From assembly GCA_041663025.1 (NCBI GenBank), contig JBAZRE010000002.1:27703-91702 (forward strand): a stretch of 64,000 nt of DNA, read 5' to 3'. The position numbers and the translations under genes were made by a program. A model generated the notes under the pieces. That model did no database searches. It had not been told where the DNA came from and saw only the letters and a list, made by a program, of their open reading frames with translations. How positions within the stretch are numbered: the stretch's first letter is position 1; the number at the start of each line of letters is the position of its first letter. Source of the stretch: Minisyncoccota bacterium (GTDB lineage: Bacteria > Patescibacteriota > Minisyncoccia > Phycocordibacterales > Phycocordibacteraceae). Positions 63,398 to 64,000 of this stretch are shown here, piece after piece.

Positions 63398-63613
63398 ATG
63401 ATGTATATCAAAGTATTTGTCACGCCGAGCGCGAAGAAGGAGAAAATAGAGGAAAAAGGCGAAACATTGGCGATTTCTGTGAGAGAACCAGCGACAGGGA
63501 ATCGCGCCAATCTGCGGGTGCGCGAGATTATTGCTGAGAGGATGGGGAGGCCGCTCGGGCAAGTGCGCATCCTGACAGGACACCGTTCCCGAGTTAAGAT
63601 GATAAGTGTTTAG
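63398..63613 (+). CDS. DUF167/YggU family protein
   Basis: V.P.AK, V.EP...N.AN, I..G..SR.K. Confidence 0.85.
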   Translation: MMYIKVFVTPSAKKEKIEEKGETLAISVREPATGNRANLRVREIIAERMGRPLGQVRILTGHRSRVKMISV

Positions 63614-63630
63614 CAGCTAACTTCTCACAT

Positions 63631-63993
63631 ATGAATATCACGATCAATGCGGCTAAGTTCAGACTTACTCCAGAGAACGAAGCGCTTATTGAAGAAAAGT
63701 TAGCGGCGCCGCTCCGCCTTCTTGGAGAGGCGAGTGAGACAGCGTTGTTAGAAATAGAAATAGAACAAGCACCGCCAGAAGGGCGTTCATCAGAGCCGTG
63801 TCGGCTTGTCGCGCGACTTATAGTGAATGATCAAGTATTTCATGCCGAAGCGGTGAAGCCGACGCCAGAAAGCGCAGCAGACAGGGTGCGAAGCACTCTT
63901 GAGGCAGAAATACGTCGCTCGCGCGGGCGCGCGCACAAACTCTTCAAACGTGGCGGAGCAGCGATAAAGAGAATGTTGCGTTTCGGGAATTAG
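63631..63993 (+). CDS. hpf: HPF/RaiA ribosome hibernation protein
   Basis: MNI.I.A...LT......IEEKL, A.D.V...L..EI. Confidence 0.75.
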   Translation: MNITINAAKFRLTPENEALIEEKLAAPLRLLGEASETALLEIEIEQAPPEGRSSEPCRLVARLIVNDQVFHAEAVKPTPESAADRVRSTLEAEIRRSRGRAHKLFKRGGAAIKRMLRFGN

Positions 63994-64000
63994 TTTTGTG

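Noticed and set aside
1-64000. Alternative genetic code (TGA recoding as in Gracilibacteria/SR1)
   Set aside because: Conserved genes are intact in code 11, and several end properly at TGA (rpmG, dnaX, panD).

Overview
This 64 kb window is bacterial chromosome read in code 11. Gene content and style point to Patescibacteria/CPR (Parcubacteria-like), which is an inference. Housekeeping genes present: clpB, rpmG, miaA, parB, rel, topA, dprA, serS, ftsQ-like, dusB, dnaX, mltG and hpf. There are five tRNAs: Trp, Leu, Gln, Arg and Asn. Main observations: (1) A ~10 kb large-serine-recombinase island sits at the tRNA-Gln 3' end (36176-46120). Its crossover site lies inside the integrase gene, and it carries an intact inverted attP-like junction at 39387. 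Cargo includes a GGCC-type R-M pair, an OLD nuclease, a tRNA-Arg and a long structured non-coding region. (2) An ECF sigma regulon is readable from five identically spaced promoters (GTAAnnAT-N13-CGTmTm). They precede a flavinylation-based extracytosolic redox cluster, a cytochrome b5-like protein and an unannotated 34-aa peptide. (3) Many REP/REPIN-like palindromes occur, several of them in frame inside conserved proteins. (4) A TAnnnT-N6-ATG leaderless gene architecture is pervasive. (5) att-like scars suggest stacked islets downstream of tRNA-Asn. No CRISPR array or rRNA was seen. All calls are by eye, with no database search.
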